From contig JAKQQL010000125.1 in NCBI GenBank assembly GCA_029564175.1, positions 1 through 33,211 of the forward strand: a stretch of DNA of 33,211 nucleotides, written 5' to 3'. Each line of letters opens with the position of its first letter. The stretch's first letter is position 1. The notes beneath the pieces were generated by a model that was given only the letters and a program-made list of their open reading frames with translations, had not been told where the DNA came from and ran no database searches. Position numbers and translations under genes: made by a program. This DNA comes from Candidatus Cloacimonadota bacterium (GTDB lineage Bacteria > Cloacimonadota > Cloacimonadia > Cloacimonadales > WRIO01). Shown piece after piece: positions 16,774-26,202 of the stretch.

Positions 16774-19700
16774 CTACTCAGTTTTAAGCATAATAGATTT
16801 GAGCATCTTGATAAGTTTCTCTGCATAAGCCAGTTTTTTTTCTTTATCCAGGTTTGCCTCAGTAATATCGATGACGAGTTTGAGGGTCTCTGTGTTTTCA
16901 AAACGAACTGGATAACTTATGCCCTGAATAATCTTACCCAGATCTGATTTGGCAGGCAGTTTATTCTTATTGAATTCACAGAGGATAAAGTTCCCTTTGA
17001 TCTGGAAGGAGTTTAATCCGATCTGATTAGAGAAAAGTCTTAACCGGTAATAATCAATCACTCTGGCTGCCAGAGGCGGAATTGTTCCAAAGCGGTCTCT
17101 GAGTTCTTCTTTTAGGGTATCAAACTGCTTACTGTCATTAAATTCCAGCATCCGCTTATAAATACTGATCTTTTCTTTTTCATCAGTAATATACTGAACA
17201 GGGAAATAGAAGTCTGCTTCGATTTCAATCTTTCTGACATCAGTTCTTTCTTCTTCATCCCAGATTCCGTTTGGATTCTTTGACTGTATGTTTTTGATTG
17301 CTTGTTCCAACAGACGGTTATAGAAATTGAATCCAACCGTATTGATGGTTCCGCTCTGCTTGGTGCCCAACAGAGATCCTGCTCCTCTGATTTCCAGATC
17401 GCGCATGGCAATCTGATATCCGGAACCGAGAGATTCGTACTCAGTAAGGGTATCCAGTCTTTTTCTGGCATCCGGTGTAATGTTTTTAGGGATCATCAGA
17501 TAAGCGTAAGCTCGGCGGTTACTACGACCGACACGTCCTCTGATCTGGTAAAGCTGAGCCAGACCGAACATATCAGCACGATTCACAATGATTGTATTGG
17601 CATTGGGGATGTCAATACCTGATTCTATGATCGTTGTGGCTATCAGCACATCAAATTTATGATCAGAAAAGTCCATCAGTACGGTTTCCAGTTCTTTTTC
17701 AGGTAATTGACCATGACCAATTCTGAAACGCACATTTGGCAGAATAGTCATGAGATCATCAGCAATCGTATTGATAGTCTCCACCCGATTATGCAGGAAA
17801 TACACCTGTCCGCCACGATCAAGCTCTCGTTGAATGGCTTCTCTCACAACATCCTTGTCATATTTAACAATGACCGTTCTGATTGGCAGACGTGCTTTTG
17901 GAGAAGTCTGAATCAGTGAGATACTCTTCAGATTACAAAGCACCATGTTGAGCGTACGCGGAATAGGAGTGGCTGACATATACAGAGTATCCACACTGGA
18001 CTTGATCTGTCTGATTTTATCTTTATGTTTCACCCCAAAACGATGCTCTTCATCAATGATTAGTAAACCCAGTTTTTTATATCGAATATCGGCAGAAAGC
18101 AAACGATGAGTGCCAATCATGATGTCGATATCTCCCTGGATTAACTTCACAATATCACGCTCTTTTTGCGCATTGGTGCGAAAACGGCTAAGCATCGCTA
18201 TCTTAACCGGAAACTGAGCCAGTCTTTCTTTAAAAACGGAAAAATGCTGTTCAGCCAGTAAAGTAGTAGGAACCAGAACAGCCACCTGATAACCGCTCAT
18301 CACTGCTTTGAAGGCAGCACGGATAGCAACTTCTGTCTTACCAAATCCGACATCTCCGCACAGTAGGCGTTCCATCGGTTGATTGCCTTCCATATCTCTT
18401 TTGATTTCATCTGTGGCTTTACGCTGATCAGGGGTCTCTTCATATATAAAAGAATCTTCCATTTCATTTTGCCATTCATTGTCATTATCAAAACGGATAC
18501 CTGAGCGTATTGAACGTTCTGCGTAAAGATTGACAATTTCATCAACTACCAGTTCGATCTGTTTCTTTGCCTTCTCTTTGGCAATTTCCCATTGTCTGGT
18601 ACCGAGTTTATGAATAACCGGAACTGAACCCTCTTCAGATATGTATTTTGCTACAGCTCCCAATTGCCAGGTAGGTACATAGATATGATCACCCTGAGCA
18701 TACTGAATCGAAAGGCATTCAATTTTTTTGCCATCAATATCAAGTGTTTTAAGCCCTTCGTAAATACCGATACCATAGTCGATATGAACGATATAATCGC
18801 CAGGCTTGATGGAATCATAATCTACCAGTGCTTCGCCTTTGCTAAAGGAAGAATCCAGCTTTTTACGTTTTAAACGCTGGAAAATCTCGTGGTCGGTAAG
18901 GAATGCTAGTTTTGCATCTTTGAGGATAAAACCCTTATGAAAAACACCGATATTGAAATGCAGACGATGACACAGGTCTGGCAGTAATTGTTGCATTCTG
19001 ATTTTCTGAGCGTTGTTTTCACTTTGAATATAAATCGTATATTGTTTATTGAGATAAGTATCGAGAAAATCCTCCAGCAGAATCAGATTGCTTTCGATGA
19101 CCGGAGCAGGTTCTGTAGGGAAATCTATTTCTTCTGTTTTTTTAAGCGGAAATAGTTCTTGTTTAGGGTCATAAAAGGCAGTGGTCAGGATATGATTTGG
19201 AAAATCAGCCGTTATCTGATGAAGGCTTTTATTGCTAAAGAACATGGTATCCGGATCAGGCAGGATTCTTTTTTTAGATTCTTTTTTTGCCTTGATCCAC
19301 ATATCTTCTGTTTCTTTTGATATTTCTTCTGCAATCTGTGAGAGTGAATGAATGTTATCCCAGAAGAGAATGGCTTCATTTTTGTTGAAATAGTGGAGCA
19401 GACATTCTTTTTGCTGGTAGAGCAGGGGAATATCATGTTCAATCCCCTCATAGAAACCTTTTAATGATGTTTTTTCTTTCAGAGGGGAATCTTCTGCTAT
19501 TTTTGATAAAATCACTTCTCGTGCCGGTATGATACGTATTGCACTAATCTCTTCAGATTCTGAACGTTGACTTTCTACGTTAAAATGACGAATTGAACAG
19601 ATCTCATCTCCAAAAAACTCCAAACGTACCGGCATATCATAGTTCGGACTGAAAATATCAATGATGCCACCCCGTTTTGATATCTGACCGGGCTTAATAA

Positions 19701-20211
19701 CTTTAAAATCATTCTCATAGCCACTGTTTACCAGCATTTCAATCAGATCACTCATATCCATTTCCTGGCCCTGTTGAACAGTGAGAATGAACTCAGATAA
19801 GATCGAAGAAGGGGTCAGTGCCTGGATTAAACTGCGGATGGAAAGGGTAATTACCTTTTTCTCGTGACTGAGAATATCTGTAAGCACTTTGATACGTTCA
19901 GAGCGGATGACATAATGCGGTGATCTTTCTTCGTAAGCCAGCACTTCATAGTCGGGTAAACAGGCAACCTGCTCTGAACCGAGCAGGAGTTTTAAGTCAT
20001 CACTAAATTCTTCAGCAATGCGATCATCAAGGGTAATCAGCAGAACACTCTTTTTCGATACAGTAAACGCATGGGCTAAGAGCAGACTTTTCAGAGAAAA
20101 ATTGAGTTGGGTAAAAATACCGGTTTTGTTTGCATTTCTGATGAGTTCACTGAATCTCTGAAAAGAGGGAGATTGATCAAGTTGTTTGGCTATTTTTTGG
20201 TAAAAAGTCAT
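16774..20211 (-). CDS. mfd: Transcription-repair coupling factor
   Basis: UvrB-like N-terminus (RGGIIDIF, PVRLEFFGDEI), RID (GDYIVHIDYGIG), GDVGFGKT, DEEHRFG, SATPIPRT, QIRGRVGR and the TRCF C-terminal domain; 1145 aa. Confidence 0.98.
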   Translation of the reverse strand: MTFYQKIAKQLDQSPSFQRFSELIRNANKTGIFTQLNFSLKSLLLAHAFTVSKKSVLLITLDDRIAEEFSDDLKLLLGSEQVACLPDYEVLAYEERSPHYVIRSERIKVLTDILSHEKKVITLSIRSLIQALTPSSILSEFILTVQQGQEMDMSDLIEMLVNSGYENDFKVIKPGQISKRGGIIDIFSPNYDMPVRLEFFGDEICSIRHFNVESQRSESEEISAIRIIPAREVILSKIAEDSPLKEKTSLKGFYEGIEHDIPLLYQQKECLLHYFNKNEAILFWDNIHSLSQIAEEISKETEDMWIKAKKESKKRILPDPDTMFFSNKSLHQITADFPNHILTTAFYDPKQELFPLKKTEEIDFPTEPAPVIESNLILLEDFLDTYLNKQYTIYIQSENNAQKIRMQQLLPDLCHRLHFNIGVFHKGFILKDAKLAFLTDHEIFQRLKRKKLDSSFSKGEALVDYDSIKPGDYIVHIDYGIGIYEGLKTLDIDGKKIECLSIQYAQGDHIYVPTWQLGAVAKYISEEGSVPVIHKLGTRQWEIAKEKAKKQIELVVDEIVNLYAERSIRSGIRFDNDNEWQNEMEDSFIYEETPDQRKATDEIKRDMEGNQPMERLLCGDVGFGKTEVAIRAAFKAVMSGYQVAVLVPTTLLAEQHFSVFKERLAQFPVKIAMLSRFRTNAQKERDIVKLIQGDIDIMIGTHRLLSADIRYKKLGLLIIDEEHRFGVKHKDKIRQIKSSVDTLYMSATPIPRTLNMVLCNLKSISLIQTSPKARLPIRTVIVKYDKDVVREAIQRELDRGGQVYFLHNRVETINTIADDLMTILPNVRFRIGHGQLPEKELETVLMDFSDHKFDVLIATTIIESGIDIPNANTIIVNRADMFGLAQLYQIRGRVGRSNRRAYAYLMIPKNITPDARKRLDTLTEYESLGSGYQIAMRDLEIRGAGSLLGTKQSGTINTVGFNFYNRLLEQAIKNIQSKNPNGIWDEEERTDVRKIEIEADFYFPVQYITDEKEKISIYKRMLEFNDSKQFDTLKEELRDRFGTIPPLAARVIDYYRLRLFSNQIGLNSFQIKGNFILCEFNKNKLPAKSDLGKIIQGISYPVRFENTETLKLVIDITEANLDKEKKLAYAEKLIKMLKSIMLKTE

Positions 20212-20235
20212 TTTTTATATCCTGTTATTAGTATT

Positions 20236-20700
20236 GTAGAACAAGCAACCTGCTTGCCAAGATAACGCGCAAGCTAGTAGCTTGCGGTACATGTAGAGCA
20301 AGCAACCTGCTTGTTTCAAAGAACCTTACGCAAGCTGGTAGCTTGCGTTACATGTAGAACAAGCAACCTGCTTGTTTTGAAGAACCCTACGCAAGCTAGT
20401 AGCTTGCGGTACAAGTAGAGCAAGCAACCTGCTTGCTAAAAAACATCACAAGCTAGTAGCTTACGTTACATGTAGAACAAGCAACCTGCTTGTTTTGAAG
20501 AACCTTACGCAAGCTAGTAGCTTACGGTACATGTAGAACAAGCAACCTGCTTGTTTCAAAGAACCCTACGCAAGCTAGTAGCTTGCGGTACATGTAGGGC
20601 AAGCAACCTGCTTGCCAAGATAACGCACAAGCTAGTAGCTTGCGGTACAAGTAGAGCAAGCAACCTGCTTGCTAAAAAACATCACAAGCTGGTAGCTTAC
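20236..20700. repeat. Tandem array of eight REP doublets (REPIN/BIME-like), 57/61-bp units
   Basis: GTAG-nnCAAGCA-ACC-TGCTTGnn starts at 20236, 20293, 20354, 20415, 20472, 20533, 20594 and 20651. Each is followed by a short linker and the inverted arm CAAGCTAGTAGCTTGCGGTAC. Confidence 0.95.
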
Positions 20701-21842
20701 CTTACTTCATGAAAAGGATTCAGTATTTTATTGATAAAGCTATTCCATGAATACTGATCGATTTCATGTTGAATGAAGCGGATCATGCTTTCACGATCAT
20801 ACTTTTCAAAGAAGTCAATAATCGCCTGAGCCAGGGCATTGATGTTTTCCGGAGGCACCAGAATCCCGTTTTTGTTGGGGATAATAATCTCGTCTAAAGC
20901 GCCTGTCTGTGTGGAAATGACCGGTTTACTGTATGAGAGTGCCAACAGGGATACACCACTTTGTGTGGCAGAACGATAAGGTTGAACAACTACATCTGCG
21001 ATGGCGAAATATTTTGGAATATCTTCATTTTTAATAAAGTAATTGTGGAAAACGACATAGTCTTCCAGACCATTATCTCTGATCAGTTTATGGTATTGTT
21101 CATCGTTTCCATAAACTTCTCCGGCAATAAGCAGTTGAATATCCTTATGATTTTCGTTTACTTTTTGAAAAGCTTTGATCAGAATATCCAGTCCTTTATA
21201 ATGCTTGATATATCCAAAGAAAAGAATGGTCTTTCTTGGACTGATTTTTAAATCAAAGTAGGCATTATGTTTTTGCTCTTCATTAAGCGGTGTGACTTCA
21301 TAATTAGGATGAAATGCCTGAATGACATTCTGATGGGGGAAACCTGGTAATATCTCAAAAATTGATTCATACACACTTTTAGAGAGTGAAACCAGATAGT
21401 CACTGCGTCTGAGTGCCATTTGAGTGAGATTTTTGGCAAACATCCATTTTTCATGAAATCTGATATTGTGAATGATATACATCATTTTTGCCTGAGTATG
21501 CTTTCTTAACTCATTGATGATTCGGGCATACATCGGTGAGAAAAACGGAATCCAGTATTTAAAAATGACTAAATCCGGCTGAAATTCGATGATTTCACGG
21601 ATCCCTTTTTTCCAGGTCAGGGGATTATAAGGAATAAAAGAACGGAAAATCTCATAAGGATAGTTCTTTTTACTGTGATCGTACTGGTCTTTACCTGGGA
21701 AAATCAGTTTGGGATATTGTTTTTGAAACGAATAAATTTTGACCTGATGACCACTGTGTACTGCTTTCTCGACGGTTTTCATCAAGAATTCAGCAATGCC
21801 ACCCCGTAAAGGATAAGCCGGACCAATAAATGCAATTTTCAT
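20697..21842 (-). CDS. Glycosyltransferase family 4 (GT-B)
   Basis: MKIAFIGPAYPLRGGIA start after SD GAGGT; ILFFGYIKHYKGLD, ADVVVQPYRSATQSGV and KPVISTQTGAL motifs. The ORF track extends to 21890. Confidence 0.92.
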   Translation of the reverse strand: MKIAFIGPAYPLRGGIAEFLMKTVEKAVHSGHQVKIYSFQKQYPKLIFPGKDQYDHSKKNYPYEIFRSFIPYNPLTWKKGIREIIEFQPDLVIFKYWIPFFSPMYARIINELRKHTQAKMMYIIHNIRFHEKWMFAKNLTQMALRRSDYLVSLSKSVYESIFEILPGFPHQNVIQAFHPNYEVTPLNEEQKHNAYFDLKISPRKTILFFGYIKHYKGLDILIKAFQKVNENHKDIQLLIAGEVYGNDEQYHKLIRDNGLEDYVVFHNYFIKNEDIPKYFAIADVVVQPYRSATQSGVSLLALSYSKPVISTQTGALDEIIIPNKNGILVPPENINALAQAIIDFFEKYDRESMIRFIQHEIDQYSWNSFINKILNPFHEVR

Positions 21843-21983
21843 TAGAACCTCATTTTGTTGTAGTATATGCCTTATCACATTAAAAAACAATAAGGTACAG
21901 GATTGACATCCTGTCTGTATTCAGGCATATACACGGGTTAAAAACACTAAATAGATCATGGTGCTGTTACCAGCGATCCCAAT

Positions 21984-22006
21984 GTAGAACGACCTTCCAG
22001 GTCGTT
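21984..22006 (+). repeat. Solo GTAG REP variant
   Basis: GTAG-AACGACCT-TCC-AGGTCGTT, a perfect 8-bp stem with a 3-nt loop. Confidence 0.65.
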
Positions 22007-22030
22007 TTATAAAAGTTTTACAAGGCTGTT

Positions 22031-22330
22031 GTAAGCAAGCAACCTGCTTGCCAAGATAACGCACAAGCTAGTAGCTTACGGTACATGTAGGACAAGCAAC
22101 CTGCTTGTTTCAAAGAACCTTACGCAAGCTAGTAGCTTACGGTACATGTAGGACAAGCAACCTGCTTGTTTCAAAGAACCTTACGCAAGCTAGTAGCTTG
22201 CGGTACATGTAGGACAAGCAACCTGCTTGTTTTGAAGAACTTTACGCAAGCTAGTAGCTTGCGCTACATGTAGGGCAAGCAACCTGCTTGCCAAAAACAT
22301 ATTCTTTCGCAAGCTAGTAGCTTGCGGTAC
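22031..22330. repeat. Tandem array of five REP doublets (same family as 20236-20700)
   Basis: Units start at about 22031, 22087, 22148, 22209 and 22270. Linkers CCAAGATAACGC and TTTCAAAGAACCTTAC are shared with the 20236 array. Confidence 0.95.
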
Positions 22331-22508
22331 AACTTAGCAAACACACTATCTAATGTCATTCATTGTTTTTTTTTAATCTTGTCAAAGTAAAAATGATAAA
22401 AAAGAGATTTTTTGCTATATCAACAGGCAAAAGACAGTCTGAAAGCGTTACTGTAATCAATTGAAATATATTCTCTTAATTGTCTAAATACCAAACTTTA
22501 TTTTTTTT

Positions 22509-22542
22509 AAAAAGAATCGCGGGATACCCCGCGATTCTTTAA
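22509..22542 (-). terminator. Intrinsic terminator of the MCP gene
   Basis: AAAGAATCGCGGG-ATAC-CCCGCGATTCTTT, a 13-bp stem about 10 nt past the MCP stop, with a T-run on the minus strand. Confidence 0.85.
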
Positions 22543-22551
22543 CAGAGAGAT

Positions 22552-24885
22552 TTATACCTTAAATCTTCCGACCATCAGATTGAGATTGTCTGAGAGTCGT
22601 TTGAGTTCATTAGATGCATTATTTAGTTGTTCTGCTTCATACGCTGTACTTTGAGCTGCCTGAACAATACCGGTCAGATTGCGTGTGATTTCGTCAATAC
22701 CATAAGTGATTTCAATGGTATTTCTTGCGATTTCTTCAACTCCCTGAGCAGCTTCCACGCTATTGCGGGAGACTTCATTGGCTGCATTGGCAACAGTTGC
22801 AGAACTTTGAGCGATCTCATTGACACCCAATCCGGCTTCTGTTACATTTCGGCTGATACCATCAACTGAATGACTGACCTGACGGCTGTAATCACCTACT
22901 TTTTTAGAACTGTTAGCGGCGTTGGAAATGTTCTGTGCAATCTCGTTGACTGTTACTGATTGCTCTTCTATATTAGCTGCGACATTGGTATTGATTCTGT
23001 TTAGTTCTGATATGACTTTTGCCACATTTTGAATAGAGTCAACTGCTGAACCGATGGCATTCTGAATATCTTCGATCTGGTTCGCAATACGGCCTGTGGC
23101 TTCTCCGGTTTGTTTAGCCAGTTCTTTTACTTCGTTTGCTACCACTGCAAAGCCTTTACCTGCTTCACCAGCAGAAGCCGCTTCAATCGTTGCATTGAGG
23201 GCAAGCATATTGGTTTGATCAGCAATATCATTGATAACTTTGACAATTTTGCCGATTTCGGTGGCGGTTGTTTGCAGTTTTTCCATCAGCTTACTGGTTT
23301 GAATAGCCTGCTGATTTGCTTTATCTGAAATATTGCTGGCATTTTGAGTATTCTTAGCGACTTCAGAGAGAGAAGCGCTCATTTCTTCAATGGCTGCAGC
23401 TGAAGACTGAACATTGTGAACGACTGCATCAATCTGATTCGCAATTTCCTGGATATTGACATTGACCTGATTAACTTCCTGTGAAACGTTTTTCACATTA
23501 ACCGATGCCTGCTCAGCTGATGCTGCTACCATATTGATATTGGATGACATTCTTTCAGAAGAACCGGCAACATTTTTCACATTGACCGATGCTTCTTCTG
23601 ATGAAGCGGCAATGGTATTGGCGTTAGAAGAAATCTCAACTGATGCGGTTGAAACCACATCCACCTGAGTACTCATTTCTGTAGCACTGGCACTGACAGT
23701 ATTTGCTGAATTTGTCAGAAGGGTTGAATTTTGAAGTAAAGCTTTATTGATAACAACGATGTCCTTGATCATTTTTTGCATATTTTCTAAGAATTTATTG
23801 AACCAAAGGCTCATTTCTCCAATTTCATCGTCACTCTCAATCTTAAGACGCTGAGTCAGATCTCCTTCTCCTTGTGCCAGTTCTTTCAATGCTTTCGTTG
23901 TATTCACAATCGGATTGGAAATATAGTTTGATAAATAAATCGCTAAGAGGATAAATAAGAAAGCTAACAGACCAGCGATAACAATAATCGTTAAGATAAC
24001 TTTATAGGTAGAACCCATAATTTCACCTTTTTCCATGAAACCGATAATTTTCCAGTTCAAGTCCTCAGAGAAGTAAACAACTGCCTGATAAGTTTTCTTA
24101 TTGAAACGAACAGTCGTCTGACCTTCTTTCATATCCTGCAATTTAGCAAAATCTTTTTCTTCCAGCTCTGTGAGCTTTTTACTGTTCATATCTTTATTTT
24201 TTGGATTGGCAATAATCACACCATCATTCTGAACGACCATCAGGAAGCCTGTTTTACCCAGCTTAATACTGTCAATCAGCTCTGTCAGAACAGTCAGAGA
24301 TACATCAATACCTGCCACACCAACAATCGAACCATCTCTTTTAATCGGATTCATAAAGCTGATGACGACATCTCCGGTTGTAGAGAGATATACATCAGAA
24401 ACGCTTGGCTTGTCAGGGGACTTTAAAGCAGTCTCATACCAGGGTCTTTTAACCGGATCATAACCTGCCGGCATATCACTTGTGCCTGATGAAAGGAATC
24501 CTCCATATTGTGTTCCTAAAAATACTTCGACATATTCTTTATGAGTCTTGAACATCCTATTGAATAAATAAAAGATCTGCTCATTAGCTCCCCCTCTGGA
24601 GACAGGGTCAATATAAGATTTCTCAGTGATGTCTTTATAACTGATAATGCTTTCATCAGCATTTTTCAGTAATGGGTTCTCTGATAAGTAGCTTACATTT
24701 TGCTTACTGCTTTCAAAGAAAATTTTCATGGCATAGTTTGCCAGCTCCAGTGAATTAGTAGCCAGAGTCGTAAAATTACGCTTAGACAAGCTGGTAATCA
24801 TAAAACTCAGTATGATACAAATAATCAGCATTGGTATCAGCACTGTTGATACAAAGGACAAGACCAGTTTCTTTTTGATCTTCAT
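22552..24885 (-). CDS. Methyl-accepting chemotaxis protein (TM-dCache-TM-HAMP-long signalling domain)
   Basis: dCache motif YDPVKRPWY, HAMP GEGDLTQRL...DEIGEM..WFNKF, and hairpin tip IADQTNMLALNATIEAASAGEAGKGFAVVANEVKELA. Confidence 0.95.
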   Translation of the reverse strand: MKIKKKLVLSFVSTVLIPMLIICIILSFMITSLSKRNFTTLATNSLELANYAMKIFFESSKQNVSYLSENPLLKNADESIISYKDITEKSYIDPVSRGGANEQIFYLFNRMFKTHKEYVEVFLGTQYGGFLSSGTSDMPAGYDPVKRPWYETALKSPDKPSVSDVYLSTTGDVVISFMNPIKRDGSIVGVAGIDVSLTVLTELIDSIKLGKTGFLMVVQNDGVIIANPKNKDMNSKKLTELEEKDFAKLQDMKEGQTTVRFNKKTYQAVVYFSEDLNWKIIGFMEKGEIMGSTYKVILTIIVIAGLLAFLFILLAIYLSNYISNPIVNTTKALKELAQGEGDLTQRLKIESDDEIGEMSLWFNKFLENMQKMIKDIVVINKALLQNSTLLTNSANTVSASATEMSTQVDVVSTASVEISSNANTIAASSEEASVNVKNVAGSSERMSSNINMVAASAEQASVNVKNVSQEVNQVNVNIQEIANQIDAVVHNVQSSAAAIEEMSASLSEVAKNTQNASNISDKANQQAIQTSKLMEKLQTTATEIGKIVKVINDIADQTNMLALNATIEAASAGEAGKGFAVVANEVKELAKQTGEATGRIANQIEDIQNAIGSAVDSIQNVAKVISELNRINTNVAANIEEQSVTVNEIAQNISNAANSSKKVGDYSRQVSHSVDGISRNVTEAGLGVNEIAQSSATVANAANEVSRNSVEAAQGVEEIARNTIEITYGIDEITRNLTGIVQAAQSTAYEAEQLNNASNELKRLSDNLNLMVGRFKV

Positions 24886-24923
24886 TTTTCCCCTCCCGCA
24901 TTTATTAATTATATTTTTAAAAT

Positions 24924-24952
24924 AATATAACAGATTTTTTTCTGTATGTCAA
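24924..24952 (-). promoter_or_regulatory. Putative sigma70 promoter for the MCP gene
   Basis: Minus strand reads TTGACA-17 nt-TATATT with TGn before the -10 element, about 40 nt upstream of the ATG. Confidence 0.55.
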
Positions 24953-25100
24953 AGGAATTATCATAATTTTTAAAAAATGATTGATGAGACTGTTCAATTT
25001 TTAAGCCTTAGAAGCTAACAGCAGTATTTAATGACTTTGAGAAAAGGGGATTTAGCCTTATTCCACAGAAATAAATGAGGATACGGCAATTTATTCATAA

Positions 25101-25329
25101 GTCAATACTCGTACTACAAGCGTCCCGCTTGTAGAAAAGCTGCAAGCAAGATGCTTACAGTACGGTCCTTTAAGTCGTCAATACTCGTACTACAAGCGTC
25201 CCGCTTGTAGAAAAGCTGCAAGCAAGATGCTTACAGTACGATCCCTTCAGTCGTCAATACTCGTACTACAAGCGTCCCGCTTGTAGAAAAGCTGCAAGCA
25301 GGATGCTTACAGTACGATCCTTTAAGTCG
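25101..25329. repeat. Three tandem 76-bp units, each a GTAC-type inverted REP doublet
   Basis: GTCAATACTCGTACTACAAGCGTCCCGCTTGTAGAAAAGCTGCAAGCAAGATGCTTACAGTACG at 25101, 25177 and 25253. Confidence 0.93.
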
Positions 25330-25407
25330 AAGGAACTCGATTGGGATCGAACAGCTCTTTTTTTGAGCAGATAGTTTTTATCTTTTTAATCTATACCAGA
25401 TACAAAT

Positions 25408-26022
25408 TTACGATGAAGGCCACTGGAAGGATAGATGCTTTATCATACTAAACATGGGTGGAGATTTTTCTTTAAAGCATTTTGTCTGTTTAATCAAAGG
25501 TATTTCATGATATAAAGATCGATTTACTCTCAATGCAGTATGATGATCAAATGAAAAGACAGACTCATACCCATTAACTTGATTTAACTGGTAATCATAG
25601 GGAACAGGCTTTAACAACTTTTGAAGGATTGCTTGCTTGACAGACATTTTTTGTAAAAGCAGCTGTAACAGATGGGTGCTCAAAAGACTGTTTTCTGTAT
25701 TCAAAGAATAACGCTTGATCAGAGTATGAATTAACATTAGAAATACTGCATAAGAAGAGATACCTCTTTTTCTAAGTATAGGATATTTTATTTTGTATCT
25801 CTTCGCATAATGTGCCAGGTCATTTTTAAATCGAGCATGCAAACCTTCCCATAGGCTTTTACTGATTGTATTGATTTTTATAATTGAAAAATTTTGCGTT
25901 TGTAAGGATCGCTTCGTTTTTGTTCTGGCGATGCATATCCTTCCGCCAGCATACCAGGCAAGATTTAAATCACCAATATGTTTGGGATAATCATGGTTTT
26001 GTTGTTTAAACATGACTTTCAT
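25408..26022 (-). CDS. Basic hypothetical protein (MKVxFK...GxICIAR N-terminus)
   Basis: The ATG at 26022 follows SD AAGGAG; about 204 aa, Lys/Arg-rich. It resembles, from memory only, a Cloacimonadota multi-copy hypothetical family. The ORF track starts at 26079. Confidence 0.65.
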   Translation of the reverse strand: MKVMFKQQNHDYPKHIGDLNLAWYAGGRICIARTKTKRSLQTQNFSIIKINTISKSLWEGLHARFKNDLAHYAKRYKIKYPILRKRGISSYAVFLMLIHTLIKRYSLNTENSLLSTHLLQLLLQKMSVKQAILQKLLKPVPYDYQLNQVNGYESVFSFDHHTALRVNRSLYHEIPLIKQTKCFKEKSPPMFSMIKHLSFQWPSS

Positions 26023-26074
26023 AGGCTTCTCCTTCTTAGATAATAATCTAAAAACATATAAAAGCAATAAATAA

Positions 26075-26106
26075 ATCATATTATTCTCTTATCTATCCTG
26101 TAGAAA
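26075..26106 (-). other. 32-bp motif shared with 12712-12743, upstream of the MKVxFK gene
   Basis: 30/32 identity to the 12712 copy. Confidence 0.7.
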
Positions 26107-26154
26107 CCTATATATTTTTATAACGCTTCGCTTCTTTTTTCAAATAAAGAAAAC

Positions 26155-26184
26155 AAAAGAGGTACTCCTAAGAATACCTCTTGA
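26155..26184 (-). terminator. Putative terminator of the T9SS-type protein gene
   Basis: AAGAGGTA...TACCTCTT stem about 20 nt past the stop, followed on the minus strand by a T-rich tract. Confidence 0.6.
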
Positions 26185-26202
26185 AAAAAGTTGTTTTGTG
26201 TA

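Noticed and set aside
16246..16947. Short ORFs around the aroA-mfd junction
   Set aside because: They overlap real genes or run through the nested repeats.
20236..22330. CRISPR arrays (also considered for 388-628 and 25101-25329)
   Set aside because: The spacers are short (about 10-16 nt), reused within and between arrays, and each unit is an inverted REP doublet. No cas genes are present.
22420..22470. c-di-GMP-I riboswitch-like start (GGCAAAAG...GAAAG); also considered near 29290-29330
   Set aside because: The GACGCAAA segment and a pairable P2 stem are missing, and the 22.4-kb site is not upstream of a same-strand gene.
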